A stretch of DNA of 33,025 nt from Actinomycetota bacterium. GTDB lineage: Bacteria > Actinomycetota > Acidimicrobiia > Acidimicrobiales > AC-25. The DNA lies in contig VAXF01000002.1 in NCBI GenBank assembly GCA_005888395.1, positions 1-33,025 of the forward strand, read 5' to 3'. Of the stretch, positions 16,695-24,836 are shown in pieces (the stretch's first letter is position 1; every line of letters starts with the position of its first letter). The translations under genes were made by a program, and so were the position numbers. Under the pieces are notes generated by a model. The model made no database searches, had not been told where the DNA came from, and saw only the letters and a list, made by a program, of their open reading frames with translations.

Positions 16695-17638
16695 TGGCCG
16701 ATGCAGTCGAGCTCCACTCCCTTCCGCCCATCGCGCTCGCCGATGTGCTGGTGCTCAGCGTGGTCCTGCCGACGTTCAACGAGGCCGGCCACGTGATCGA
16801 GGAGCTCGATCGCATCGACGAGTCACTCGTGGCCGCCGGCGTCCCGCATGAGATCCTGGTCGTCGACGACTGCTCCACCGACGGAACGGCGGAGAAGGTC
16901 GAGGCCTGGGGCCGGGCCCGCCTGATCAGGCTCGAGCGCAACCGGGGCACCGGCACGGCCCGGAAGATCGGCACGCGCGCCGCCCGCGGCCGCTACGTGG
17001 CGTGGACCGACGTCGACCTCAGCTACCCCAACGAGCGCTTCCCCGAGTTCGTTGCCGAGCTGGAGCGCAGTGGTGCCGACCAGGTTGTCGGCGCCCGCAC
17101 TCGCGAAGAAGGCACGGTCAAGCTCCTGCGCTCGCCCACCAAGTGGTTCATCCGCAAGCTGGCGTCGTATCTCGTGCGCCAGCCGATTCCCGATCTCAAC
17201 TCCGGGATGCGCGTGTTCCGTCGCGACGTGGCGGCGCGCTATCTCGACCTGCTGCCGCCGGGCTTTTCCTGCGTGAGCACGCTCTCGCTGTCGTTCCTGG
17301 CCAACGAGCACCCCGTGCACTACATCGACATCGAGTACCGGGCACGCGCCGGGCGTTCGAAGTTCCACCCGCTCAAGGACACCTACCTCTACGTGCTGCA
17401 GGTGCTGCGGATGATCACCTACTTCGAGCCGCTGCGGATCTTCGGCCCGCTGGCGCTCGCGCTGCTGGGACTGTCGACGGCGAAGCTGGGCTACGACCTG
17501 ATCGCCCACCCGTTCCGCGTCGCGGGCATCACCCTGCTCCTCTACATCGCCGCCTTCAACACGCTCGCGCTCGGCCTGCTCGCCGACCTTTCGAGCAAGG
17601 GCCTGATGTCGCGCCGCGCGCGCGACGACCTGCCCTAG
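16694..17638 (+). CDS. GT2 polyprenyl-phosphate glycosyltransferase (GtrB/ArnC-like) with two C-terminal TM helices
   Basis: LSVVLPTFNEAGHV, VVDDCSTDGT, TDVDLSYP (DxD), and a C-terminal membrane hairpin (FGPLALALLGLST... / ITLLLYIAAFNTLALGLLADL). The start is ATG 16694 or GTG 16745. Confidence 0.8.
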   Translation: MADAVELHSLPPIALADVLVLSVVLPTFNEAGHVIEELDRIDESLVAAGVPHEILVVDDCSTDGTAEKVEAWGRARLIRLERNRGTGTARKIGTRAARGRYVAWTDVDLSYPNERFPEFVAELERSGADQVVGARTREEGTVKLLRSPTKWFIRKLASYLVRQPIPDLNSGMRVFRRDVAARYLDLLPPGFSCVSTLSLSFLANEHPVHYIDIEYRARAGRSKFHPLKDTYLYVLQVLRMITYFEPLRIFGPLALALLGLSTAKLGYDLIAHPFRVAGITLLLYIAAFNTLALGLLADLSSKGLMSRRARDDLP

Positions 17639-17643
17639 TAGGG

Positions 17644-18108
17644 GTGCCGCCGCGCCCGGAGGTCGTCGAGTTCTCCCGCGACAGCCCGGCGGCCGTCGTG
17701 GCCCACATGGTTGAAATGTCGGGCGGCCGCAACGGATGGATCAACCTGGAGCCCGAAGTGCACGAGGAAGACGACGCGCCTGAATCCGGCGGGCTCTTCG
17801 GGTTCCTCTCGTCGCAGGGCCCGCCGGTGCCGCTCTGCACCTGGTCGCCCTCGGACCGCCGCGTCTCGATCGGCGTGCAGCACCCCGCCGGGCCGAGGGC
17901 CGCGGGCCGGCTGGCTGAGCTGGGTCACCCCGTGCCGGCCGGTTGGTACGTGTCACAGGACCATCCCAGACGTGGCCTGGTGGTCGAGGTGCCGGCGGAC
18001 GAGCCCCCCGAGCGCGTGCTCGACTGGTTGCTGGCGGCGGGTGAGCTCCTCTCTCGTGTGCCCGTCACCGGCCGCTGGCATGCGGCCGTCTTCGTGACGG
18101 GCCGCTAG
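17644..18108 (+). CDS. Hypothetical protein (about 134-154 aa), no recognisable domain
   Basis: High GC3 in this frame, and it fills the gap between two confident genes. Candidate starts are GTG 17644, GTG 17698 and ATG 17707. The 17002-17643 extension overlaps the GT2 gene out of frame and is rejected. Confidence 0.5.
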   Translation: MPPRPEVVEFSRDSPAAVVAHMVEMSGGRNGWINLEPEVHEEDDAPESGGLFGFLSSQGPPVPLCTWSPSDRRVSIGVQHPAGPRAAGRLAELGHPVPAGWYVSQDHPRRGLVVEVPADEPPERVLDWLLAAGELLSRVPVTGRWHAAVFVTGR

Positions 18109-18125
18109 AGGGGCAGAATCCCGAG

Positions 18126-18833
18126 GTGACCGAGCTGCTCTATCTGCGCGACGCGTACCAGCGCGAGTTCACCGCACGCGTGGTCGACGTGCGCGGCGAC
18201 GCAGTGACCCTCGACCGCACGTTCTTCTACCCGACGGGCGGCGGTCAGCCGCACGACACGGGCACGCTCGGCGCCGCCCGCGTCGTCGACGTGACCAAAC
18301 AGGATGACGACGCGTGGCACACGCTCGAGGGTCCGCGGCCGGCCGTCGGCGACGAGGTCGTGGGCGAGATCGACTGGGACCGTCGCCACGCGCTCATGCG
18401 GACCCACACCGCCCTGCACGTGCTGTGCGGCGTGATCTGGAACGCGTGGGGCGTGCCCGTGACGGGTGGGAACATGGAGCCGCTGTCGGCTCGGATGGAC
18501 TTCGAGCTCGACCCGACGCCGGAGGGCTTCGGACCGCGTGTCGAGGCGCTGGTCAACGCCGAGCTGGCCGCCGCCCGGGCCATCGAAGTGTCATTCCTGC
18601 CCCGGGACGTGGCCTTGGCCGACGAGGCGCTCATCCGCACGAAGGTCAACCTGATTCCCGCGTCGGTGAGCGAGATCCGCGTCGTCGACATCGTCGGGCT
18701 CGACAAGCAGGCCGACGGCGGAACCCACGTGCGCAGCACCGACGAAGTCGGTCGGGTGCGCGTCGTGAAGACCGAGTCGAAGGGCAAGGGCAACAAACGC
18801 ATCCGGATCGAGGTCGTTCCCGCCGGCCCGTGA
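18126..18833 (+). CDS. alaX: AlaX-type alanyl-tRNA editing protein (Ser/Gly-tRNA(Ala) deacylase, AlaRS second-additional-domain family)
   Basis: FFYPTGGGQPHD, Zn motif HTALHVL (HxxxH), a second motif DGGTHV, and KGKGNKRIRI near the C-terminus. The GTG start is preceded by cccgagg. Confidence 0.8.
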   Translation: MTELLYLRDAYQREFTARVVDVRGDAVTLDRTFFYPTGGGQPHDTGTLGAARVVDVTKQDDDAWHTLEGPRPAVGDEVVGEIDWDRRHALMRTHTALHVLCGVIWNAWGVPVTGGNMEPLSARMDFELDPTPEGFGPRVEALVNAELAAARAIEVSFLPRDVALADEALIRTKVNLIPASVSEIRVVDIVGLDKQADGGTHVRSTDEVGRVRVVKTESKGKGNKRIRIEVVPAGP

Positions 18834-18842
18834 CGCAGCCTC

Positions 18843-19967
18843 CTAGGCCACCCCGCGGCCGTTGAGCGTCTCGTCGATCAGCTGGTCGTAACGCGCCACC
18901 GCGTCAGACCAGCGAAAGCCGGCCGCCCATTCGCGGGCGCGGGCCGACATGGCCTGGCGGCGGCCGTCGTCACGCACGAGCTCACGGATGGCGTCGGCAA
19001 ACCCGCGTGACGACTCGACGAGCACCCCGGTGTTGCCGTCGTCGACCACCTCGGCGTGGGCACCGGCTCGGAACGCGACGGCGGGGGCGCCGGCCCGCTG
19101 AGCCTCGACCACGTTGAGGTTGAAGCCCTCCCAACGCGAGGCGGTCACGAAGAGGTCGGCGGCGCCCAGCAGGGCGGGCATGTCGTCGACCGGGACGTTC
19201 ACGAACGGGATGGCGCCGCCGCCGCGCACCCACGCCGCGTCCTCGTCGGTGCCGAAACCGGCCATGACCAGGCGAGCTCGCGGCAGGTCGCCGTGCAGCG
19301 TCGCGAACGTCGCGAGCAACTCGGCCGTGCCCTTGTAGGGCTGCTGCGAAGGGTTGAGCCGTCCGAGGTACAGCAACATGACCTCGCCGTCGCCGACGCC
19401 GAGCTTGCGGCGGAGGGCGTGCGCCTGCTCGTCGGACGCGAGCACGTAGTGATCCGCACCGTTGTGGATGGCGACGGTGCGCGGCCTGAGCGATGCCGGC
19501 AGCTGCCCGCGCAGCCACTCCGACACCGTGACGATGCGGCGGGCGCCGCGGAAGAACCAGCGTTGCTGAACCGCTTCGACGTAGGCGAAGTTGGCGCGGA
19601 TCCACAGCGGGAAGCCGCGCGTGTCGACGACGCCGTGATCGACGGCGACGGCGCGGCCACCGAGCTGGGGGATGAGAGAGAAGAACGGCTGTGTCTCCAC
19701 GAAGAACACGTCGTGCGGCTTGGACGCGAGTCCCGCGATCCGTGCCCGGCGGCGGGCCTCGAGGTCGTACAGGGGCGCGTAGCGCATGGCCGGCACGCCG
19801 AGTCGCTCGAGCCGGTAGGGGCGGTGACCGTAGGTGCCATCCTCGTACGAGGCGTACACGGTGACGCCGTGGCCGCGTTCGACCAGGCCTGCGGCCACCT
19901 GGTCGACGACCAGGTCGACGCCGAATCCGAGCCGCATGCGCTCGGTGAGGAAGGCGATGTCCGCCAT
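18843..19967 (-). CDS. GT4 (GT-B fold) glycosyltransferase
   Basis: MADIAFLTERMRLGFGVDLVVDQVA..LVERGH N-domain. VSEWLR, LYLGRLNP.Q.YKG, and ASRWEGFNLNVVEAQRAGAPAVAF C-domain. Confidence 0.85.
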   Translation of the reverse strand: MADIAFLTERMRLGFGVDLVVDQVAAGLVERGHGVTVYASYEDGTYGHRPYRLERLGVPAMRYAPLYDLEARRRARIAGLASKPHDVFFVETQPFFSLIPQLGGRAVAVDHGVVDTRGFPLWIRANFAYVEAVQQRWFFRGARRIVTVSEWLRGQLPASLRPRTVAIHNGADHYVLASDEQAHALRRKLGVGDGEVMLLYLGRLNPSQQPYKGTAELLATFATLHGDLPRARLVMAGFGTDEDAAWVRGGGAIPFVNVPVDDMPALLGAADLFVTASRWEGFNLNVVEAQRAGAPAVAFRAGAHAEVVDDGNTGVLVESSRGFADAIRELVRDDGRRQAMSARAREWAAGFRWSDAVARYDQLIDETLNGRGVA

Positions 19968-22207
19968 CGAGGGCCGCAGGCTACCGGTGAGGTCGCGCCG
20001 GCGACGATGGCCCGCCCGTGGAGGAACACGGTGGCGTCCTGAGCGGCGTCGGTGCTCACCGCCAGCGGTCCGCCGAGGAGCGTCAGCCGGCCGACGGCCA
20101 GCCGGTGCAGGCCGAGCCAGGTATGGGCGTCGGGACCGACGCCGGTCGAGGGCCCGAGCAGGGTCACCGCGCCGAGCGTGCCGCCGGCGAGCGCGTCGGC
20201 GAGATGGTCGTCGTCGCCCGACGCGAGGGCAACGCGCCGCAAGCCGGGCCCCGCCGCGTCGAGCAGGGGGGTGAACCGGTCGGCGAGGGCGGTTGCCGTC
20301 TGCCAGCGGGTGGCGGCGGCGACGCGTGTCGGTGACGGGAGCTGCTGGAGGACGCCGTCACTTACCGCGTCGGGACCGCCCGCGACGATGACATGGGTGG
20401 TGCCGAGCGTGCTCAACGCGGACTGGGTGGGCGCGGGCACGCCCCCGGCCTGCACCAGCAGCACCGGCCGGCCCAGCGCGGCGGCCGGGCCCGCGGCCGC
20501 GAGGGCGTCGACGAGATGGCCGGGCTCGCCCGACGCGACGACGCAGTCGGGCCGGCTGCCGCCGAGGGCGCGCGCCACCCTGGCCGCGGTGTCATAGCGA
20601 TCGGCACCCGCGAGCCGAGTCACGGTGAGGCCCAGCTGGCGCAGCCGCACCACGACCGCATCAGGCACGGCATCGACGCCGCCGAGCACGACCGCGTCGC
20701 TCGCCTGGAGCCGCTGGATCTCCGCCTCGGTCTCGTCGGACAGGCGGTCGGCCCCGGTCAGCAACAGCGCAGCACCCCGAACGGCTGCGAGGGGCGCGGC
20801 CACAAGCGAGTCGACGAGATGCGCATCCGCGCCGTTGGCAACCAGGACCGTCTGGGTCTTGCCCGGGTGGGCTTCGCGGGAGATCGCGGCCGCCGTGCCG
20901 GTTCGGTCGGTGCCCGCCAACCGCACGACCGGAACGTCGACGAAGTCGCTCGGCAGCCCGAGTCGCGAGCGGAACACGGGGGCGGAGAGCGTCGCCGTCC
21001 CCGCGGTGCCGAACACGGTGATCGCCGAGGGCCGTCCGGCATCGGTGCGGGTCTGCACGGCGTAGCCGCTGACGTCCCCGACGCCCGCGGCCAGCAGCGC
21101 GCCAGCGACGTCGGGCCGGTACGACTGCGTCCAGTCGGCGTCGGCGTCGGGACGGTAGAAGGGGTCGGCGCGCTGGGTCAGGTAGGCGACCGGTGAGGGG
21201 AAGCCGAACTCGACGCGAGGGTCGGCCGTGATCGGTCCAGCGTTCGCCGAGTAGGCGGCGAGGACGGCGCCCTCGGTGCCGTAGGTGCGGATGTCGCCGG
21301 CCGTCGCCTGCGCCGCCGCCCGCAGGTTGGGCCGCTCCGCGTCGAAGCCGAGGTAGAGCTGCGTGGCGCCCGGGTAGCCGGGTGGGAGGAAGCCGCTCGA
21401 CGACGAGATGTCGAAGCCGTCCACCTTGAACCGGCTTCCCTCGACCTTGTCCTCGGCGTACGTGCGGGCGGTGACGGCGAGCGCGGCCTGTGCCTCGGCC
21501 GGCAGGCTGTCGGGCGCCTCGGCGATCCCCCACACGTAGGCCTCGAGGTTGACGCGGTTCACCACCCAGAGCCGGTCGTCGGTGGGGTCGGCGGTGGCAT
21601 GGTCGCTCCAGTGCACGACGACGAAGTCGCGGTACCTGTCGTCGCACGGCGACGACAGGTCGAGCACGCGTACGAGGTCGTTGGCGGGATCGGACACCTG
21701 GACGTCGTTGGCGGTCTGCCAGCGCTGCACGACCTGGCCGTCGGCGGTGCGCTGCTCGACCACGTTGGTGCCGCTCGAGTGGGTGACGGCCACGTACTGG
21801 TCGGCCGGCACGTGCGCGTTCACGTCGGCGCCGGCCGTCACGTCGACCGGCGACCACGGCGGTGGCGTACAGGGGTCGCCGCCCCCTCCCGCCAGCCGCA
21901 CCCACCCACCGTCGCCGCCGGAGGTGGCCAGCAGGCCCACGCGGATGCTGGCGTCGGCCGGCAGGCTCTGGTCGGTGGTGCCGGGGAGGTAGAAGTCCAG
22001 CATCTGGGGCCAGGTCTGGCCCGCGGCCGCGCGGTTGGCGAACCCGGCGATCGATGCGCCGACCCCGTGGCCCTTGCCGTGACCCGTCACCACCAGCTGG
22101 TCGGGCGCGGGGGCCGCAGCCGTCGCCGTGGCGGCCGGAACGGGCGCGACGCCGAGAGGGGCGAGCACGCCGGAGAGCAGGACCGCGGTCGCGACGAAGG
22201 GGCGCAT
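19199..22207 (-). CDS. Secreted SpoIID/LytB-domain protein with three CWB2 cell-wall-binding repeats. The ORF as sequenced has no stop at the expected end and runs on into the GT4 gene, so a 3' frameshift is possible.
   Basis: Signal peptide MRPFVATAVLLSGVLAPLGVAPVPAATA. GHGKGHGVG...MLDFYLPGT and VNRVNLEAYVWGIAEAP...AQAALAVTARTYA are SpoIID/LytB blocks. Three repeats begin RLAGTDRTGTAAAI, RLAGADRYDTAARVA and RVAAATRWQTATALA. After ...LLGGPLAVSTDAAQDATVFLHGRAIVAGAT (about 19990) the translation becomes S/R/T/C-rich junk and GC3 collapses. Confidence 0.75.
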   Translation of the reverse strand: MRPFVATAVLLSGVLAPLGVAPVPAATATAAAPAPDQLVVTGHGKGHGVGASIAGFANRAAAGQTWPQMLDFYLPGTTDQSLPADASIRVGLLATSGGDGGWVRLAGGGGDPCTPPPWSPVDVTAGADVNAHVPADQYVAVTHSSGTNVVEQRTADGQVVQRWQTANDVQVSDPANDLVRVLDLSSPCDDRYRDFVVVHWSDHATADPTDDRLWVVNRVNLEAYVWGIAEAPDSLPAEAQAALAVTARTYAEDKVEGSRFKVDGFDISSSSGFLPPGYPGATQLYLGFDAERPNLRAAAQATAGDIRTYGTEGAVLAAYSANAGPITADPRVEFGFPSPVAYLTQRADPFYRPDADADWTQSYRPDVAGALLAAGVGDVSGYAVQTRTDAGRPSAITVFGTAGTATLSAPVFRSRLGLPSDFVDVPVVRLAGTDRTGTAAAISREAHPGKTQTVLVANGADAHLVDSLVAAPLAAVRGAALLLTGADRLSDETEAEIQRLQASDAVVLGGVDAVPDAVVVRLRQLGLTVTRLAGADRYDTAARVARALGGSRPDCVVASGEPGHLVDALAAAGPAAALGRPVLLVQAGGVPAPTQSALSTLGTTHVIVAGGPDAVSDGVLQQLPSPTRVAAATRWQTATALADRFTPLLDAAGPGLRRVALASGDDDHLADALAGGTLGAVTLLGPSTGVGPDAHTWLGLHRLAVGRLTLLGGPLAVSTDAAQDATVFLHGRAIVAGATSPVACGPRWRTSPSSPSACGSDSASTWSSTRWPQAWSNAATASPCTPRTRMAPTVTAPTGSSDSACRPCATRPCTTSRPAAGHGSRDSRPSRTTCSSWRHSRSSLSSPSSVAAPSPSITASSTRAASRCGSAPTSPTSKRFSNAGSSAAPAASSRCRSGCAGSCRHRSGRAPSPSTTVRITTCSRPTSRRTPSAASSASATARSCCCTSDGSTLRSSPTRARPSCSRRSRRCTATCRELAWSWPVSAPTRTRRGCAAAAPSRS

Positions 22208-22223
22208 CCGCCCCCATCGTCCC

Positions 22224-22235
22224 AGAAGCGCTTCT
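22224..22235. promoter_or_regulatory. Perfect 12-bp palindrome AGAAGCGCTTCT in the divergent intergenic region; candidate operator
   Basis: The palindrome is directly readable. It lies 17 nt from the SpoIID-CWB2 start codon and 71 nt upstream of the M23-CWB2 TTG start, and it abuts a TCTAAT -10-like hexamer (22233-22238). Its function is inferred only. Confidence 0.35.
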
Positions 22236-22306
22236 AATGGTGAGCGTCGAGTCCGCCGATGTTCCCGTGACCGACGAACCAGACAATTCCGGAGGCCGCA
22301 GACTCC

Positions 22307-23821
22307 TTGCGTCGAGCACTCGTAGCCGTTCTCGGAGCGCTGGCGCTCGTGGCCGCCCTCGCCCCGCCCGTGGCGGCCGACTACGGCGACCCGAGCCGGC
22401 AGGGGCCGCTCCAACCGATGACGTTCCCGGTCGTCGGGCCCGTCTCCTATACCGACACGTTCGGCGCCCCGCGTGCGGGCGGCCGCACCCACCAGGGCCA
22501 GGACCTGATGGGCACCAAGATGGAACCGGAGGTTGCGGCGGCCGACGGCGTGGTCTCGTTCATCACCCTGCCCGAGGCGTCGTGGGGCTACAGCCTGACG
22601 ATCACGGGCGACGACGGCTGGTCGTACCACTACCTGCACATCAACAACGACACGCCCGGCACCGACGACGGGCGGGCGCCGATGCAGTACGTGTTCGCGC
22701 CCGGGATCGCGAAGGGCTTGCGGGTCACCGCGGGCCAGCTCGTCGCCTACATGGGCGACAGCGGTGACGCCGAGACCACCGCACCCCACCTGCACTTCGA
22801 GCTGCACGATCCGTCGGACACGCCCGTGAACGCCTTCGCGTCGCTCAACGCCGCGCCGCGGATCGACACCCCGCTGGCACCACCAGCGCCGTTCCCGCGG
22901 CTGGCAGGGCCCGATCGCGTGGCGACCGCCGTCGAGGCGTCGCGGGCCGGCTGGCCGGACGGCGCCGACCACGTGGTCCTCGCCGCCGGCGACCGGTACG
23001 CGGAGGCGCTTCCGGCCTCGGTGCTGGCGGCCAAGCAGAGCGGCCCGCTCCTGCTCACCACGGGCCCGACCCTGGTCGACGCGGTTCGCCAGGAGCTGAC
23101 GCGGTTGCACGCGACCCAGGCCACCGTGATCGGGTCGGTGCCGACCTCCGTCGACGCCGACCTCCGTTCGACGGGCATCGGGGTCACGCGTGTCGGCACC
23201 GCCAACGCGCCGGTCACCACGGCCGCAGCGGTGGCCAGGCTGGTCGGTGCACCTGACCACGTCGCCGTCCTGGTCAACCAGGCCCGGTTCCCCGACGGCG
23301 TGTCGGCCGCCGGCCTCGCCGCGGGACGAGGCTGGCCGATCCTGCTGTCGAACACGACGGCCGTGCCGCAGGGCACGGTCGACACGTGGCGCGGCCTCGG
23401 CGTGACCACGACCTATCTGGTGGGTGGCACGGTCGTGCTGAGCGACGGTGTCGCCGGGCTGGCGCCGGGTCGGATCCGCCTGTCCGGTCCCGACCGCTAC
23501 GCCACGTCGGTGGCCGTGGCCCGCGAGAGCCTCCGGCTCGGAGGCCGGTCAGGCGACGAGACCGAGCTCGCGACGGGATCCGCGTACCCCGACGCGCTGG
23601 CGGCCGGCGCGTACGCCGCCCACACCGGCGGCATCGTCGTGCTCGTGGACGGGAGCGGGCACTTCTCCGACGGCGCCAGCCGCGACTTCCTGTCGGTCAT
23701 GGGCACCGAGACGTCCGCCGTCGACGTGAAGGCGGTGCTCGGCGGCACCCAGGCGGTGAGCGAGACCGCCTACTGGATGCTCGCGGCCATGCTCGGCCGG
23801 AGCGGCGCCCCCTCCTCGTAG
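22307..23821 (+). CDS. Secreted M23 (LytM-type) metallopeptidase with three CWB2 cell-wall-binding repeats
   Basis: TTG start with a GGAGG about 12 nt upstream. Signal peptide MRRALVAVLGALALVAALAPPVAA. M23 Zn motifs HQGQD (HxxxD) and APHLHFELH (HxH). Three repeats begin RLAGPDRVATAVEAS, RVGTANAPVTTAAAVA and RLSGPDRYATSVAVA. Confidence 0.85.
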   Translation: MRRALVAVLGALALVAALAPPVAADYGDPSRQGPLQPMTFPVVGPVSYTDTFGAPRAGGRTHQGQDLMGTKMEPEVAAADGVVSFITLPEASWGYSLTITGDDGWSYHYLHINNDTPGTDDGRAPMQYVFAPGIAKGLRVTAGQLVAYMGDSGDAETTAPHLHFELHDPSDTPVNAFASLNAAPRIDTPLAPPAPFPRLAGPDRVATAVEASRAGWPDGADHVVLAAGDRYAEALPASVLAAKQSGPLLLTTGPTLVDAVRQELTRLHATQATVIGSVPTSVDADLRSTGIGVTRVGTANAPVTTAAAVARLVGAPDHVAVLVNQARFPDGVSAAGLAAGRGWPILLSNTTAVPQGTVDTWRGLGVTTTYLVGGTVVLSDGVAGLAPGRIRLSGPDRYATSVAVARESLRLGGRSGDETELATGSAYPDALAAGAYAAHTGGIVVLVDGSGHFSDGASRDFLSVMGTETSAVDVKAVLGGTQAVSETAYWMLAAMLGRSGAPSS

Positions 23822-23832
23822 CATCCGTCATC

Positions 23833-24768
23833 ATGCGGGTGACGGTCGTGGTGATCGCGTGGAACCCGGGCGCCCGCATCGACGCGTGCCTCGACGCCCT
23901 CCACGCGCAGGATCACGTCGACGTCGAGACGATCGTCGTCGACAACGCGTCCGGTGACGGCACCGCGGCGCGGGTCGCCGAGCGGCACCCGTGGGCGAAG
24001 CTCGTCGCCAACCCGACGAACCGCGGGTTTGCCGGCGCCGCCAACCAAGGGTTCGAGCTCGGGAGCGGCGAGGCCGTGATGACCCTCAACCCCGACGTCG
24101 TGCTTCGTCCGGACTTCGTGCGCGAGCTCGTCGGCGCGCTCGCCGTTGCCGGCGACGTGGGGTCCGCCGGCGGCCTGCTCGTGCGGCCGGACGGCTCGGT
24201 CGACTCGGCCGGCCACCGCATCTTCCACCCGCGCCTGTTTCGCAACCGTGGTGAGGGAGCGTCGCCGGAGGTGTACCGCGAGCCGGCGTGGGTGTTCGGC
24301 ACCACCGGTGCCGCGGGGTTGTACCGCCGGGTCGCCCTCGAGGACGCCGCCGCCCACGATCCCGCCGGGCTGCCCTGGGACGAGGGCTGCTTCGCGTTCT
24401 GGGAGGACGTCGACCTCGACTGGCGGCTCGCCCGTCTCGGCTGGCGCTGCCGCTACCACCCGGCGGCCATCGCCACCCACGAGCGGGGGGTGGCTCGGCG
24501 TGCCGCCGGCGCGTTCGTCGAGGAGCTCAACTGGCGCAACCGCTTCCGCGTCGTGTGGCGCAACGACGCGCCAGCGCGTTTCGCCGCCCATCTGCCGGGC
24601 TTCCTCGTGACCACGGCGCTGAAGGCGGCCGACCTCGCGGTGACCCACCCGCGTGCCCTCGTGCGGGGGACCGCGGGTTTGCGCCTCGGCCGCCGTCCGA
24701 GTGGGCGCGGCGTCCGCGTCGAGACCGAGCCCTTCGACTACCGAGGCTGGGTCCGCACCCATCTCTGA
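23833..24768 (+). CDS. GT2 glycosyltransferase (WbbL-like family)
   Basis: VTVVVIAWNPG, VVDNASGDGT, NRGFAGAANQG, LNPDVV and FAFWEDVDLDWRL. The ATG at 23833 lies 11 nt after the upstream stop. Confidence 0.8.
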   Translation: MRVTVVVIAWNPGARIDACLDALHAQDHVDVETIVVDNASGDGTAARVAERHPWAKLVANPTNRGFAGAANQGFELGSGEAVMTLNPDVVLRPDFVRELVGALAVAGDVGSAGGLLVRPDGSVDSAGHRIFHPRLFRNRGEGASPEVYREPAWVFGTTGAAGLYRRVALEDAAAHDPAGLPWDEGCFAFWEDVDLDWRLARLGWRCRYHPAAIATHERGVARRAAGAFVEELNWRNRFRVVWRNDAPARFAAHLPGFLVTTALKAADLAVTHPRALVRGTAGLRLGRRPSGRGVRVETEPFDYRGWVRTHL

Positions 24769-24782
24769 CGGCAGGCAAAAAT

Positions 24783-24816
24783 GCAGGAAGGGCCCTTGGG
24801 GACGGGCCCTTCCTGC
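24783..24816. terminator. Strong hairpin between convergent genes; intrinsic terminator with a T-tract on the minus strand
   Basis: gcaggaagggccc (24783-24795), loop ttggggac, then gggcccttcctgc (24804-24816) form a perfect 13-bp stem. On the minus strand the hairpin is followed by ATTTTTG (complement of caaaaat at 24776-24782). There is no T-tract on the plus side. Confidence 0.75.
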
Positions 24817-24836
24817 GGTGCTGGGGGGTTGGGGAT

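Noticed and set aside
18714-18728. The second zinc motif of AlaX reads DGGTH instead of the CGGTH (CxxxH) I expected.
   Set aside because: Asp can also ligate zinc, and I cannot confirm from memory that Cys is invariant in this AlaX subfamily. A family alignment would be needed, so there is not enough here to claim inactivation or novelty.
17644-18833. Whether the hypothetical protein plus AlaX forms a functional module, for example a toxin-antitoxin or defence-like pair, inside the glycan locus.
   Set aside because: There are no toxin, nuclease, ATPase or HTH motifs in the hypothetical protein. AlaX is a housekeeping editing factor. The two genes are separated by a normal 17-nt RBS gap. Simple neighbourhood is the most economical explanation.
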